Assembly (NCBI RefSeq): GCF_000143415.4
Contig: NW_003314279.1
Coordinates: forward strand, 206,831 to 270,830
DNA from: Selaginella moellendorffii
Lineage: Eukaryota; Plantae; Lycopodiophyta
DNA length: 64,000 bases
Direction of reading: 5' to 3'
Positions 11,769 through 24,910 of this stretch are shown here, in pieces. A model generated the notes under the pieces. It did no database searches. It saw only the letters and a program-made list of their open reading frames with translations, and had not been told where the DNA came from. Position numbers and translations under genes: made by a program. Within the stretch, counting starts at the first letter, position 1. Each line of letters begins with the position of its first letter.

Positions 11769-12009
11769 CCCTGGCGGCTTCCTAGCACGAATCCCTCGAT
11801 CTCGACCTTGCGGAGGCCGGCGCCTCCATAATATCCTCTAGCTCGGGCATCCAGCCAGAGATCCGCGAATGCGTCGCGGGATCCCGAGCTCCGGTGGAAA
11901 TTTCGAAAATACGTACTCAATCCAGCGCGGGCGAGTGGTAGATCTGTGAGCGCTCCTCCTCCTTCCCAGGAACCCTAAAACTTTGAAAGCACACACTCTT
12001 TGTTATTTA

Positions 12010-13692
12010 CTATCTATCCACTATGATAAGTCCTCTTTGGTGCTGCGACCTTTGCCTATAGTCGTGTTCTAGCTGCACGAACGCTCTCTCCACCTCCGGG
12101 AGAGCTTCGAATTTTTGCTGGAGCGTCTGGCCAATCTCGTGAGCGTCACGCAGTGGCATGCTTTCGGGCAATTCGATTCCAACCTGGAAGGAAGAATGAA
12201 TCGGTGGAAACACTGAAAAATCGTTTTTTTTTACCTCCACGAAGTACAAGGCACCAAATGTGTATGCTCGGACGGTGTCAATGTGCTTGATGTCTCTGTG
12301 ATGATTGAAAGTTATGTAGGTGAGCTTCTGCTGGATCTCCGGAGGAGCAGCCTTCCCAATCAGCGAAACTGGATTCCATCACGAGAAAAAAAAAAACAAA
12401 GATAAGATCTAAACTTCGTCTTTCAGCTGTAAAAAAATAACACTTACCAGCGTTTTCGATCACAGTTTCGGACCAGTTTACGATCGTGTACACCGCCAAA
12501 ATGATCGCGCCGACTGGATCGAGCCACCAGTAGAACTTGTCAGCCAGAACAGCAGCAATCAATCCTACCAAATTGGTGACAACATCAAAGTAGTGATCCT
12601 GCAACGCTCCATTTCAAAAACAAAAACAACGATAGATGAAAAGTGGATTGATCACCTTCAGGCTAGAGCCGATTACTAGAGTTTTCTTTTGTGGCCTACC
12701 ATTGCATAAGCGCGTATGATCTCGTTGTCAAAGGCTCTGCAGTAAAAGAAGAGTGCAAGCTTGACAAGCGTTGCTGTCCCCATTATGACAAGAAGCCACA
12801 CCCACTGGCTCTGACTAAGTTGGTTCTCCTCGCTCTTTTCAAACAACTGTTTCACTCCCTCGAGGAAAATCTGTAGACCTGTAAGCTCTGTAAATCATCT
12901 CGCATGGGAAAAACAAAAACTCCAGCCAGAACGTACCAACAGTAGCCATGACCGCGGCGAAGATTATGATCCCCACCGGTTGAACTCGCAGCTTCCCGAT
13001 CGGATAGTTGTAAACATCCGTGCTTTGCATCGACCATTGTGTGAACCATAGGATCAAACCGGCGACGAGATCCAAGAGTGAGTCAAGAGTAGATGCTGCG
13101 ATAGCCAGGGACTGTGTCTGGATGGTCGCGTATAGCTGTAAAATGAGGAAACTTTTGATTTCCTCTAAGAAGAAAGAAAAAAGTGTCCAGAGAAATCATA
13201 CCTTCATGATCAGTAAGATCACGTTGGAGATGTTTGAGATGTTGATCGCAAAGCTCTCGTTGCTATGAAGAGTGCCATCGATGCTTTCAGTGCTCTTGGT
13301 CGATTTGGAGACGTGAAGAAGAGAATCGACCTCCTCAAACATTTCCAGCGCTTCTCTTTGCCTCTTGTTATACTCCCGCACACCTGGTAGAAGGAAGAAC
13401 ATCGAAAAGTTTTAGCTACCTCAAAGAAAAGAAGAAAAAAAAACCATTGCGCGATACCTTCCGAAATGGGGGCCTCCGTGTCGAGGAATGCGCCCTCCTG
13501 GAGCATCTTGTGACACTTGAACTGCCATTTCCCCGAAATCCTCCGCAGCATGGACATGCTCTCGCGTCGCCGATGCCGCTGCTGCCGCTGCTGCTGCTGC
13601 TGCCCAGCGCTTTCATCCACAATCACGCCGCTAGAGCGCCGCCTCGACGGTTGATCCATGCCCGATTCCGGGAGCAGCGGCGCATTGAGCAT
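12010..13692 (-). CDS. Second Mn-CDF metal tolerance protein (MTP8/MTP4-like), inverted paralogue of 1850-3432
   Basis: ATG 13692 (the ORF track starts at a GTG). [52 protein letters not shown]; same exon layout as the first MTP. Confidence 0.93.
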
Positions 13693-14694
13693 TCTATATT
13701 TCACTCCAAGAACCCTAAAACATAACTACATTTTTTTCCCAGGGCCAAGAACTCTACTAGGACTCTAGGAGCCCTAGGAATTCGTCATGAGCGGCGCTTC
13801 TAGCTCTTGCCCGCCCTCCGATCGCTCCGGAAATCAAATGTGGGCGCTACAGGTGAATGGGGTAAGGTGCTGGCAGTCTCTCGCATCAATCCGACCAAAA
13901 TATTTCTTCTAGGAAATCCCTCGCGCCCCATCTACGCCTGGCTGGGAGCAACTCAAATCATCGCAGGAGAAGCTGGATGGCATAATCAAGAGCAGCACTA
14001 GCAGCAGCGGCAAGAATCTCCGGTGCGTGATGATTTCTTCTTCTTCTTCTTCTTCTTCGTTCACTCTATCAAGTTCGTTTCTATCAGGCCAGAGAATGGT
14101 AACTGTCTTTCTTTCTCTCCTTCACTACATTGAAGTGGTTTTTCTGCTAGAACGCCAAGAAATCCCTGAGGTCGACCTTGATGATGATACTACTCCTGAG
14201 GCAAGCTCTTCCCTTTTTTCATTCTCGTTCTAAATTTTTTAGAGGACACACAGACAAATATCCAGCCGAATTCCAGGCTTCCAACAATCGAGGAACTAAA
14301 TTCGAGTTTGCCATACAAGCTTCCATTCTTTGAGGTACGGATTTCGCTTTCCATGTCTTGGTTTTTCTTAATACTTTTGCTATAGAACTCCGAGGTCGAT
14401 CTGAGGCCACTTCTAAAGAATCTTTTGCCAGTGTGGGAGGTCAGCCGTCTTAGAACACAAGGAGAAAAAGTCTCACAGTTTGTTACTCCAGGTTGACGAA
14501 GATGATACTCTCTGGGATCGTGATTCTCTACTTGCAGAGGTTTCTTTTCTTGTTCTACGAAGATTGCCCTCACCAAAGTTTTACAGATTCAACTCAAATT
14601 CAATGAAGAACGCAGGAAACAACGTAGTGAGAACTCGCATTGATAAAGGTGTGTTTTATTTTATATTTCTCTCGAGAAACCATGTTGCAAAGAA

Positions 14695-15710
14695 TCAATT
14701 GCATGCCTGTGGATTCAAGCTTGTTGAGTGAAAAGCTCTGGGAACTGAAAGGCCAACTTTTCCGCCATGTCCAACTCCTCGCCATCTGGCACAGCCCAGT
14801 CAAACGCATGGAGCAAGCTTTCGAGCACGAACTGGACCGTGGTAGTCCCAAGCAGAATCCCCGGAGAGCCCCTCCGTCCCGATCCACTTGGAAGCTCTGG
14901 CCTTTCACATCGATGTCCGGCTGCCGAAGAAACCGCTCGGGATCGAACTTGAGAGGCGATGTTGACGAGCGCTCGAGTTCCTGCTGGTATCACGTATCCC
15001 TCCAGCTCGCAAGCTTGCATGGATTAGTGAGGAATGCTCATGGACCCTGGGGGATGGAGGCGCAATGTTTCCTTGACGATGGCTTGGAGGAAAGTCAGCT
15101 TTTGAAGATCAGTCTCGTCCAGGCCCGGTTTTCTCTTTCAGCTCCTCCTGGTCCCAGCAGCGATCATATCCTACGAAGTTACGAGCATGTCAATCAAGGA
15201 TTCCCCGATACGGGAAGAAGTCAGCCAGAGCGATACTTCCAGACACCGTGAGCGCGTCGAGCTCCTTCAAGAACATGGACATCTTGGTCTTCCGGACTTG
15301 CTGGAACATCGCGACGCGCTTGGCAGTGAGGAGCTCCAGTTCCGGACGCACCTCCAGTGGTGGCCCAGATCATCCCACCTCCTCCATACCCGAAGTTCTC
15401 GCTGGCAATCGTCCTGGGCCTGGAAGAGAAGACGTGATCTAGCGTCTTGAGGAGCTCCATGGCGGCCTCTGGCGGTGGAGATGACGAGCGTATCGTGGAT
15501 GCCGAGCTTGAGAAACATGAGGCCGCCATGTCTCTGGGAGAGCTTTTGCAAGGATTGGTTGGGGGAGCTTGCCGAGGAGATGGAGATGGCTGAGGATGGA
15601 AGTCCCGGAGGAGATGGTGGCGATTTGCTACCGCTGCCTCGGTTACCACTGACAAGCTTAAGGAAGATGAGAGCAATGAAAGACGCAAAAACAATCCAAA
15701 GGAACTCCTT
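14695..15710 (-). pseudogene. Degraded CYP71-clan cytochrome P450 (copy A1)
   Basis: Homologous to 37316-38833, but ATG became AAG, there are many deletions and frameshifts, and the heme motif reads GSGRRGSPG (Cys to Ser). Confidence 0.92.
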
Positions 15711-16590
15711 CCAGGCACACTGGAAGTATGAACTTCGACTTGTATGTGCATTGCTATGTGTTGTGGTGGGCTAAGCAAGTCAAATACAAAGCCTATCCAT
15801 TAGTCGCTAATGTCTACGTGATAGAATTCTATAAAGACGGATTTGTCGCTGATATCCTTTGATAGCAAGGTTATGCATTCCAGTCAAGCTTTTCAAATTA
15901 TATATAAATATGAGTATGGTCCAAAGTTGAGTTCTAACTTACTAGTTGAGCTCAAAACAATAAGTAAGCAAATATAAACTCTTAGTTAAACTTTCAAGTT
16001 ATTTGCAGTTTTTGTGATCTCTAAAAAAGAACTCAATTTCTAGTATTTGTGTGCTTTACAAAAACTAAGAAACCCGGTGTGGGTTATGAACTCACATGCG
16101 AACCAGAGTTTCGCACATGTGAAACAGCCGACAAAGCTACAAGAGTTACACACACACGTTTTGTTTAGAACCGGTCTACCACAGCAGAGGAAAAGAGGCC
16201 GTCAAACCAACTGGATGAATCGAGTCATAAGGTTTTCTTGCCTGGATCTATATCAACCTTTTTCAAAGTGTCCACTGTTTACTGTGGAGATTTTCGGCTG
16301 GTAGAGGCAGATATTCTTCCCGGTTTATAAGTCTCCGAACTTTAGATTGCTGCCTTTCACGACTTTTCTTCTTTTGAGCTCTTTCACTCAAAATCCACTA
16401 CTTCACGCCAACGGGTGACATGACATATTGTTGGCTCTGCATGGGTCTAAGAATGTATACGTGACCATGAGAAACAATTAAAAATGATCTCTCGATGCCA
16501 TTTCTGCGAATAATACCAGCGAGCAGAGGCCACAGGTTCACACCACTTAGTTCCTTCTTGAGATTTCACGACATTGAGTGTTCTATAGCA

Positions 16591-17244
16591 ATGGCTTTCA
16601 TCAAAATTGTCACGGTGGCATTCTTTCTGTGCTTAGGTATTATTGGAGTTTTGGGTGATGAGGATCCTCTCCAGGATTTCTACGTGGAGGATCCAAACTC
16701 CAATATTCTCATCAACGGAGTCCCTTGCAAAGATCCCACCACAGTCACTGCCGATGACTTCACCTCCACCATCCTTCGCCAGGGTCCAGTCACAAACAAC
16801 ACACTGCGAATCCAAGTCGACTTGATCGATATTACAATGTTTCCAGGCCTCAACACACAGGGACTCTCTATTGCTCGCCTGGCATTTGGTCCATTTGGCG
16901 TGAATCCTCCACACAACCATCCTCGAGCGTCCGAGGTCATCTGGCTCCTCCAGGGACACCTCTACGTTGGATTTGTGTCAACTTCCAACCAATTGTTTGC
17001 AAAGGTTTTGCATCCCGGTGATCTGTTCATCTTTCCCAGGGGTCTCGTTCACTTCCAGCGAAACCTGGATAACTTGGACACTGTTGCGGTGGCTGCGCTT
17101 GGAAGCCAAAACCCGGGAAGAACAGACATGGCTAGAGCGTTGTTCCAGACCACACCAAACATCATGAATGAAGTTCTTGAGGCAGCTTTGCAGGTTGACG
17201 AAAATGAGATTGATAACTTACGTCGTGGAGTGAGCCGCACTTGA
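16591..17244 (+). CDS. Germin-like protein (Mn-binding cupin), intronless, secreted
   Basis: Signal peptide MAFIKIVTVAFFLCLGIIGVLG; DPLQDF; FPGLNTQGLS; germin boxes GVNPPHNHPRASE and FPRGLVHFQ. Confidence 0.95.
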   Translation: MAFIKIVTVAFFLCLGIIGVLGDEDPLQDFYVEDPNSNILINGVPCKDPTTVTADDFTSTILRQGPVTNNTLRIQVDLIDITMFPGLNTQGLSIARLAFGPFGVNPPHNHPRASEVIWLLQGHLYVGFVSTSNQLFAKVLHPGDLFIFPRGLVHFQRNLDNLDTVAVAALGSQNPGRTDMARALFQTTPNIMNEVLEAALQVDENEIDNLRRGVSRT

Positions 17245-17908
17245 GTCAGAGAGTCAAACTAATAAATGTTTTGCAAAAGTTGCAATTAACAAGGAAATCC
17301 GATCTTAACTCAATTGGCAGAGCGGAGGACTCTAGTGGTGCTCAGAAGTCCTTTCGATTGTACTTCATTGTTTAAGTTTAGCAGTGCAAGGTGGCCATGG
17401 ATTCCCTCTCGTAGTTTTTCTTCCTCATGCTCATTCTTTCTCCAAGAATTTTGTGCCGTTCCTTGCAAGCATGAATCCTGTTTATCCCTATGTTATGGCA
17501 GATTTTATAATTTTACAGCCAAATGGAAAAGAGGTAATTTATATATCTAATGAGAAATTGTTTTATATCTGTCCACCATGATATCCACTATAAGACACTT
17601 TGTTGGAAAAAAGTCACACTAGAATAAACTTCTATTTAAAAATTCTACATGATATATAGAACATGCATGTAGAATTTTATATCTTTGACAGTAGCTAATA
17701 AAAATAATCAAAATCTTTGTAACACAACGCATGAACACAATCTCACTGCTAGAAGATAGGAAATAGCGAACACGTTAGGCACTAAAAGCAAGCATGTCCA
17801 GATGCATTGGGCACATATTAGATGGATGTTCTTAACTCAGTCCTATGTTAAGTTGGCGATCTGTTACTTCCCGTAAATAGTGTGCTAATCAGTATACGAA
17901 AGCTTATG

Positions 17909-18049
17909 TGTACGGACAGCGCTGCTTCTTTGAAGCCATTGAATCCAAGTGTTCGATTGTAAAGTCTTTTGTGTAGGCAACGAAGTGCGATTTCAAATGC
18001 TCTACAGCTAGAATAAGAGGAATGTACGGACAATTCCCCTGTATAAATA
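17909..18049 (+). promoter_or_regulatory. Promoter of germin 2: two identical TGTACGGACA (SBP-type) sites plus a TATA box
   Basis: TGTACGGACA at 17909-17918 and 18023-18032; TATAAATA at 18042-18049, about 60 bp before ATG 18107. Confidence 0.5.
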
Positions 18050-18106
18050 CGCATACCAAAGCCTTCCTCCCAAGCATCTCTGCATCGATCAATCAATAAC
18101 ACCTCA

Positions 18107-18772
18107 ATGGCTAAGTTTTCCCAAGTTTTTGTTGCTCTTATTGCAGTTTTCGCAATTGCCAATGTTGTAGTCGTGCGGGGTGATGAAGATCCCCTCCAAG
18201 ACGTCTGCGTTGAGGATCCCAACTCCAGAGTCTTCATCAATGGAGTTCCTTGCAAGGATCCCAGCACCGTGACCGCCGACGATTTCACCTCCACCATCCT
18301 CCGGGAGCCTGCAAACACCACCAACACTCTCAACATCATGGTCCAGCTGATCGATATCACAATGTTCCCAGGCCTCAACACGCAAGGACTCTCCATCGCC
18401 CGCCTCTCATTCGGTCCATTCGGAGTGAATCCTCCCCACGTCCATCCCCGATCATCCGAGGTCATATATTGCCTCCAGGGACGCATCTACGCTGGGTTTG
18501 TGACGACTTCCAACAGGCTGTTCGAGAAGGTTTTGTATCCCGGGGACTTGTTTGTCTTTCCTCGAGGGCTTGTCCACTTCCAGCGGAACCTTGACCCGGT
18601 CAGCGCTCTCGCGATCGCCACTCTTGGGAGTCAAAACCCTGGTCGCACGGATGTGGCCAGGGCTCTTTTCCAAACTCCAGAATCTGATAATCTGAACGAA
18701 GTGATCGAAGCAGCTCTCCAAGTTGACGAGAAAGTGATTGAAGCCCTTCGCGCTGGAGTGAGTCAGACTTGA
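18107..18772 (+). CDS. Germin-like protein, tandem paralogue, intronless, secreted
   Basis: Signal peptide; DPLQDVCVED...PCKDP; GVNPPHVHPRSSE; FPRGLVHFQ. Confidence 0.95.
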   Translation: MAKFSQVFVALIAVFAIANVVVVRGDEDPLQDVCVEDPNSRVFINGVPCKDPSTVTADDFTSTILREPANTTNTLNIMVQLIDITMFPGLNTQGLSIARLSFGPFGVNPPHVHPRSSEVIYCLQGRIYAGFVTTSNRLFEKVLYPGDLFVFPRGLVHFQRNLDPVSALAIATLGSQNPGRTDVARALFQTPESDNLNEVIEAALQVDEKVIEALRAGVSQT

Positions 18773-18934
18773 GAAAGAGTTCTATACTCAATTGTTAAAG
18801 GTAAGAAAGAAAGTTCTGTTTTTCTTAAGTTTAAGAAATATAAATTTATTAAATAAAAAAATCCTTAAAGGATATGCGTGGAGTTTAACTTAGAACTCTA
18901 GGCTAGGCTTCGCGCATTTCTCCAGCCGCGGTGT

Positions 18935-19661
18935 CGTCGCGTGGATCACATCCTCCTCCAGTCGCGAGAGAATCGCAAGCGCGGGAATCGCAGGTCGCGG
19001 GAAGCAAAATCCGCCATGGTACGCACGCGATCCAGCGCAGCTTCGCAGGGAGCGGTAAGCGCGAGTCACACGCAACCAGGTGGAGCTGATTTCGCAATCC
19101 AAGCGCGCGAGCGATGTTGCACGGGCACTGGATTCCGTCAAGAGGGCTGGCGTGATCGACGACAGGAATCTCCGGGATTCATCACGACCGATGCTGGAAT
19201 CGTGGCTGCTGGAGCGTGCATTTTCCCAGAGCGGGGATTTTGTTTAGGCATTGCAAGCGTTTCGAGAGACGGCGGTGGAAGGGATCAAGCCCAGCAGCTT
19301 CACGCTCTGCGGAGTCGTGGAGGCTTGCGGCGAGATCGGCGCCACTGCGATCATCCGAGTGATCCATGAGAGAGTTTTCAGTGAAGGAATGCTGCTGGGA
19401 TGGATTGATTCCGGCGTATGGGAAATCGGCAGTGTGGAAGACGCGAGGAAAACTTTGGAGGGAATCGAAGAGAAGTTTTGGAACGCCGCCATAGCTGCGT
19501 GTGGTCAAGCTGGCGACTCTAAGAAAATCCAAGCTCTGGAAGGAGTTCCTCCGAACAGGGAAACTTTCCTCCAGACCTTTTGCTCGTTCCGAGGCCGGAT
19601 AGAGTTCCTGGAACTTGGAGGAACATTTCCAGACAGTGGGAGCTCGGTCTCAAAGGAATGA
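18935..19661 (+). pseudogene. PLS-class PPR gene remnant; its tail is also at 36777-36938
   Basis: Fragments EGIKPSSFTLCGVVEACG, GSVEDARKTLEGI, WNAAIAACGQAG and EGVPPNRETFL, with deletions and frameshifts. Confidence 0.75.
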
Positions 19662-20041
19662 AAATCAGCTGCGCAGTGATCAAGATGTTCTATACCCAGC
19701 TTCCAACACTGGAGGAACTGAACTTAAGTTTGCCATACAAGCTTCCATTCTTGCAGGTATGGAGTTCGCTTTCTATGTCTTGTTTTTCTTAAACTTTTGC
19801 TGTAGGATTCCTGAAGTGCGAGGTCAGCCATCTTACGGAAAAAAAAAAAAAACAAGGAAAAGGAAAATGTCTGTCCGCTTGTTATTCCAGGTCGCCGAAG
19901 GATCGCGAATCACGATTCTCTACTTGCACAGGTTTCTTTTCTCGCGCTACGATGATTGTCCTCACCAAATCTTTGCAGATTCAACTCAAATTCAATGAAG
20001 ATCGCGAGAACTTGCAATAAAAGTGTGTTTTATTTTGACAA

Positions 20042-21558
20042 TCAAATGTATGCCTGTGGGTTCAAGCGTGTGCACGGCACCAGCCTGAGTGGAGAAGCTC
20101 TGGGAACACTAAGACCAAACTTCTCCGCCATGTCCAACTCTTTGCCATCCGGCGCAGCCCAGTCAAACGCATGAAGCAAGCTTCCGAGCACGAACTGGAC
20201 GGTGGTAGTCCCCAGGAGGATCCCCGGGCAGCTCCTCCTTCCCGATCCAAACGGCAGCAATTCGAAGCTCTGGCCTCTTACATCGATGTCCGGCTGCCGA
20301 AGAAACCGCTCGGGATCAAACTTGAGAGGCTCGTCCCACCACCTCGGGTCCCTCGCTATGGCATAGACATTGACGAGCGCGTGAGTTCCTGCTGGAATCA
20401 CGTAACCCTCCAGCTCGCAAGCTTGGATGGATTGATGGGGAATGCTCAGGGGCCCTGGAGGGTGGAGGCGCAGTGTTTCCTTGACGATGGCTTGGAGGAA
20501 AGTCAGCTTTGGAAGATCAGTCTCGTCCAGGGCCCGGTTCTCTCCGACAACCTCTTTGAGTTCCTCCTGAACTTGAAGCATCATTGCTGGATTGTTTACG
20601 AGCTCGGCTAGAGCCCACTCCACCGTGACAGCAGCAGTGTCGGTCCCAGCAGCGATCATATCCTACGAAGTTACGTCAATGACAGGAAGAACACGGAACA
20701 GTTTACATACCAGGCAGAGAGCTTTGATGGAAGTATCGCTGAGATCTTTTCTGGCCAACATCATGTCCAGGAAATCTCTGTTGGTTCCCGGCTGCTGGCG
20801 GTGCTCGACGATCTGCTTGGCCAGATACTCGTCGAGCTGCTTGTGGATCGCGCAGATCTTCTTGGCTTGGCCGTCCATCCATCCCAGATATGGGAAGAAG
20901 TCGGCCAGAGTGTACTTCCAGCCACCGTGAACGCCTCCGTGATCAAGTCTTTGAACCTTACCGCGAGTTCCCTCTCAGCGGAGCTCCCAGAGGAGTAGCT
21001 CCGGTTCATCACCATCCTCGTCATGAAGTTGAAAGTGAGATCCAGGAGCTTGGACGTGAGCTCCACAGAACTCATCTGGGAACTTTGGATCTCCTTCAAG
21101 AGCATCGACATCTCGGCCTTCCGGACTTGCTGGAACATCTCGACTCGCTTCGCAGTGAGGAGCTCCAGAGTGCACAGCTTCCGGACGCTCCTCCAGTGAT
21201 CGCCATAGGCGGCCCAGACCATCCCAGCTCCTCCATACCCGAAGTTCTCGCCCGCAATCGTCCTGGGCCTGGAAGAAAAGACATGATCTTGCGTCTTGAG
21301 GAGCTCCCTGGCGGCCTCGGTGGTGGAAGGAACGAGCGTGTTGTGGACGCCGAGCTTGACAAGCATGAGGCCGCCATGCCTCTGGGAGAGCTTCTGCAAG
21401 GACTGGTGGGGGAGCTTACCGAGGAGATGGAGATGGCCGAGGATTGGAAGTCCCGGCGGAGATGGTGGCGATTTGCTACGGCTGCCTCGGTTGCCACTGA
21501 CAAGCTTAAGGAATACGAGAGCAATGAAAGACGCAAAACCAATCCAGAGGAACTCCAT
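20042..21558 (-). pseudogene. CYP71-clan P450 (copy A2), near-intact but with a 1-bp frameshift near 20913
   Basis: Almost identical to 37316-38833; intron 20663-20710. Reads gagtgtacttcc where the intact copy reads gagtgttacttcc. Confidence 0.8.
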
Positions 21559-21879
21559 TGATTTCTTTGATGGACGTAGCTTGGACTTTTATGTGTGGAA
21601 TTGTTTGTTGCATTGCAATGTGATGACAATCGTGGCGGAGTATGCAAAGGAAAATAAAAACCTATCCAGTCTAACACGTAACAGTCGCTGGAAACTTCAC
21701 ATCTATGGCATGTTAGAAATTCAAGTTATACCTCTTCCAGTCCAGCTTTAATGTTCAAAGTCCAAGGGCTGGAGGATTTACCTTTAGCATCTTAGGACCT
21801 CAGAGTGGCCTGAAGAACGTGAGGGTGGGAGTGGAGGGAGTGAGAAGACCCCATTACAAACTTGCAAACTTGTTTGCAC

Positions 21880-22730
21880 AGTCTCATGCTTCTTGTTGAA
21901 ACTGCCAAAACAGAATATAGATAGATAGATTTTCTGTGAAGTCGCAACTTATTATCACCAGAAGAAACAAAAACTTTTCACGTTTAGTCAATCAAGGAAT
22001 AGCTGTAAGTTGGATACCAACACACCAAAATCATAATTTTGCTAAACTCGCAATCTGGTCCTTGTGGATTGCTCCTAGCAGGCAATTGTCACCAAGGACT
22101 GACGCTACTGGAGCTCTTCGTGGGGTTTGTGAAGCTAGCATAGCTCATCTATTGGCAGGTCTCCTGGAGGATTCGTTGGAGATTATAAAGAATGTAAAAT
22201 AAAAATATTATGCCCATGTTAGGGGGCGACCAAAGGAGTGGGCATTAAACTCCTGACATCTGTGAACAATGTGTGTGCTTGCTATAATCACAAAGTCATG
22301 AACAAGTCTGGCATAGTTTATCTGATCTAGATTGGAATAAGATTGAGCCCTTTGTTGGCATGATCCAGGTGCAAGTTCTCATTGTTTTTCCTTGTTCTTT
22401 TGTTGCTAGATTCAAAGTCACGCCCAGAAATATTTCTTGAAGGCCCAGGAGAACACGTACCACCTCCAAAGACCAGAGAAAAACCATGCTACCAGAAATA
22501 TTATACCAGCTATGTGGATATCAACAGTATAGCCTCTTCTTTCGTTTGCAGTACCTCCTTGATCCTGTTGTTCTTTCCAGCTACACTGACACCAATTTCA
22601 CTCACAGCAGTTTATCAGTTTCTTGGGCAACTAAAAGCCTCACTGCTTTGAGTGGAAGGACTCAATGAAAACTCAAAGCAGATTCAGATGACCTTAGGCC
22701 TTCGGATAGAAATTGCTACCCAAATTAGTA
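21880..22730 (+). pseudogene. Unidentified degraded gene fragments with exon/intron-like structure
   Basis: Several AG acceptor and GT donor-like boundaries around short stop-interrupted frames (e.g. VSWEDSLEIIKNVK*). No family recognised. Confidence 0.3.
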
Positions 22731-24810
22731 AGAAAGAAAATTTTCTTTTTTAGGGGTCAAAACCCGTCACGATTTGCCTCGATGGGTAGGAGCAGCATCG
22801 CGTGATTCTTGGCAAACGAGCACAAGGAAATCCAAACTACTTGAAGCTGGAGACAGGGAATGCAGCTTCTGGCTTAGATGTTTCTTTTCCTTTTAAACTG
22901 GCTTTCTTCAAGAAAATATCAAAGCTAAAAAGTTGGTATAGTAAGCATTCTGCATTATTGTTCCAATTCATGAGTGCAAGGATGTTGCAACATAATAAAT
23001 GTATTTTGATATCCAAGGACTTAGATTATAAATGACTAATTGATTTCCTTTTATATTAAACTTGAATTTGAAACTTTACAAATGCTTTTAATTAGAATTT
23101 TTAACGTTTTGTCATTTTAGTAACAATATTTATTTATTACTATAAAAAATTATAAAGCTTTCTAAAAAAATTCTAAACAGTTCTTTTTACTATCTCCAGC
23201 CAATTAATAATTATTGAAGGTTTAAGAATACATTACATCAATTAAATTTTTTATAAATATTTTTATTAAGAATAATAAATTTTGATGATTTATTCATTGA
23301 ATAAATAAATTATTTGATTATTCTATAACCTCTATAGAAATGTACTATATGAATTTAAACATAATTTATAAATATAGTATAAAGTATCTCTTCAAAATGA
23401 TAATCAATAAATAATACTTTGATAATTTTGATGTATTATCAAAAGAGAATTTGCAAAAATAAGCATCATTATTATGCCAGTAAAAATTCAATTGGCAAAG
23501 ATGACTTCATATAAAAACTGGTTTTAATTATATTTAGCAGTGTTATTATTGTCTTTAAACAATCCATAAAATTTTATTGTGGGACTATGAAAATACTTTT
23601 AAAATGTATAAAATAGTAGGATAAGTAGTTTTTTACCATTATACAAACAAATATTTTAAATTATTTAATTAAATAAATTAAAATATTTAAAAAAATATTG
23701 GAAAAAGTTTTAATATCTCTAAAATTTATATAATTTCTAATAATTATATTAAATTTACCTCTTCATGTTGTATATTTAGTCATTCATTTTGAAAGATTAT
23801 AAATATTTTAATTCACATTAGGAAGTTTTCTTTTTGTATGATAAGAACAAAAGTAAACACATCATAATTTTATTATGATAAAGTAACTTCTATAAAATTT
23901 CTAATGGAGTTCTTTTATGAATATTTAATAATGAATACTTACTTTTTCTGTCCTATTTAAAGGAAATAAATTCATATTTCTTTATGCTACAATAATAGAA
24001 TGTGTGAATTTAAAAATATACACATTAAATTATCCCTAAACTGTACTTTATATAAACAACAAATTGAAACTATTTTTAAGGCTTATTACATTAAGAATAG
24101 TGTAGTTGTACATCAAAACTTCATATCATTCACTCCTCTTAGAAGGATAGAAGGTGGTTAATAAGTTAGGATCTAAAGGAAGCATTAAAGGATACATAAA
24201 TGGTGCAATACATTTCTTATCCCTTTGTATAAAACTTTTTTGCTATTATATATTTATAATTTCTAGAGGATTAGTTTGTTGAACATCATATCAAACCTTA
24301 TAAATTTGTGGCCAGAGTTGCCATAGCACTTAATATAGTTTATTTTATTGAGCAAGAAGCCCTTTGAACAAACAATATACTATAAGATTGGGAAAATAAA
24401 TTAATAATAAATCATCCATTTTATGCTTTATAGGTGGACAATGGTGACAATTGTCCTAAATGTGATTGTGGGTATTGAAAGTTATTTGTTAGTGAATCAT
24501 TTTGGATATTTTTCTCTTACTATTAAAATGGTATTATTGCTTTGAATTATCAATAGAATGTAAATGATTAATTTTTCTATTTTACTTTAGTCACTTAACT
24601 ATACTTTTGACCACTTGAAAGAATCTCACAACTTTCATATGTTTTCATCCCTACTTGGGTACTTGCCAATACCCCAAAGCTAGCCTTCCCACTACATTGC
24701 CTTCACATTTGGTTTAATTGTTTTATGTGTTTAAGTTTGATTGAAAACACTTAAAGGCACCATTAACATACTAGCTTATTAGGCTAAGGCCATGCTTATG
24801 TAAGTGACTA

Positions 24811-24910
24811 NNNNNNNNNNNNNNNNNNNNNNNNNNNNNNNNNNNNNNNNNNNNNNNNNNNNNNNNNNNNNNNNNNNNNNNNNNNNNNNNNNNNNNNNNN
24901 NNNNNNNNNN
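24811..24910. other. Assembly gap (100 N)
   Basis: Run of N. Confidence 1.

Larger units (their letters stand above)
13863..21750. repeat. Segmental duplication, copy A (P450 pseudogene, germins, PPR relic, P450); copy B at 34681-39015
   Basis: About 13863-15900 matches 34681-36750 and about 19490-21750 matches 36777-39015. The germin interval is absent from copy B. Confidence 0.9.

Noticed and set aside
11019-11920. Long overlapping ORFs of 224-270 aa over VPS54 exon 1, and similar ones over the P450s, PLT and PGDH
   Set aside because: Shadow frames of GC-rich coding exons with no recognisable motifs.
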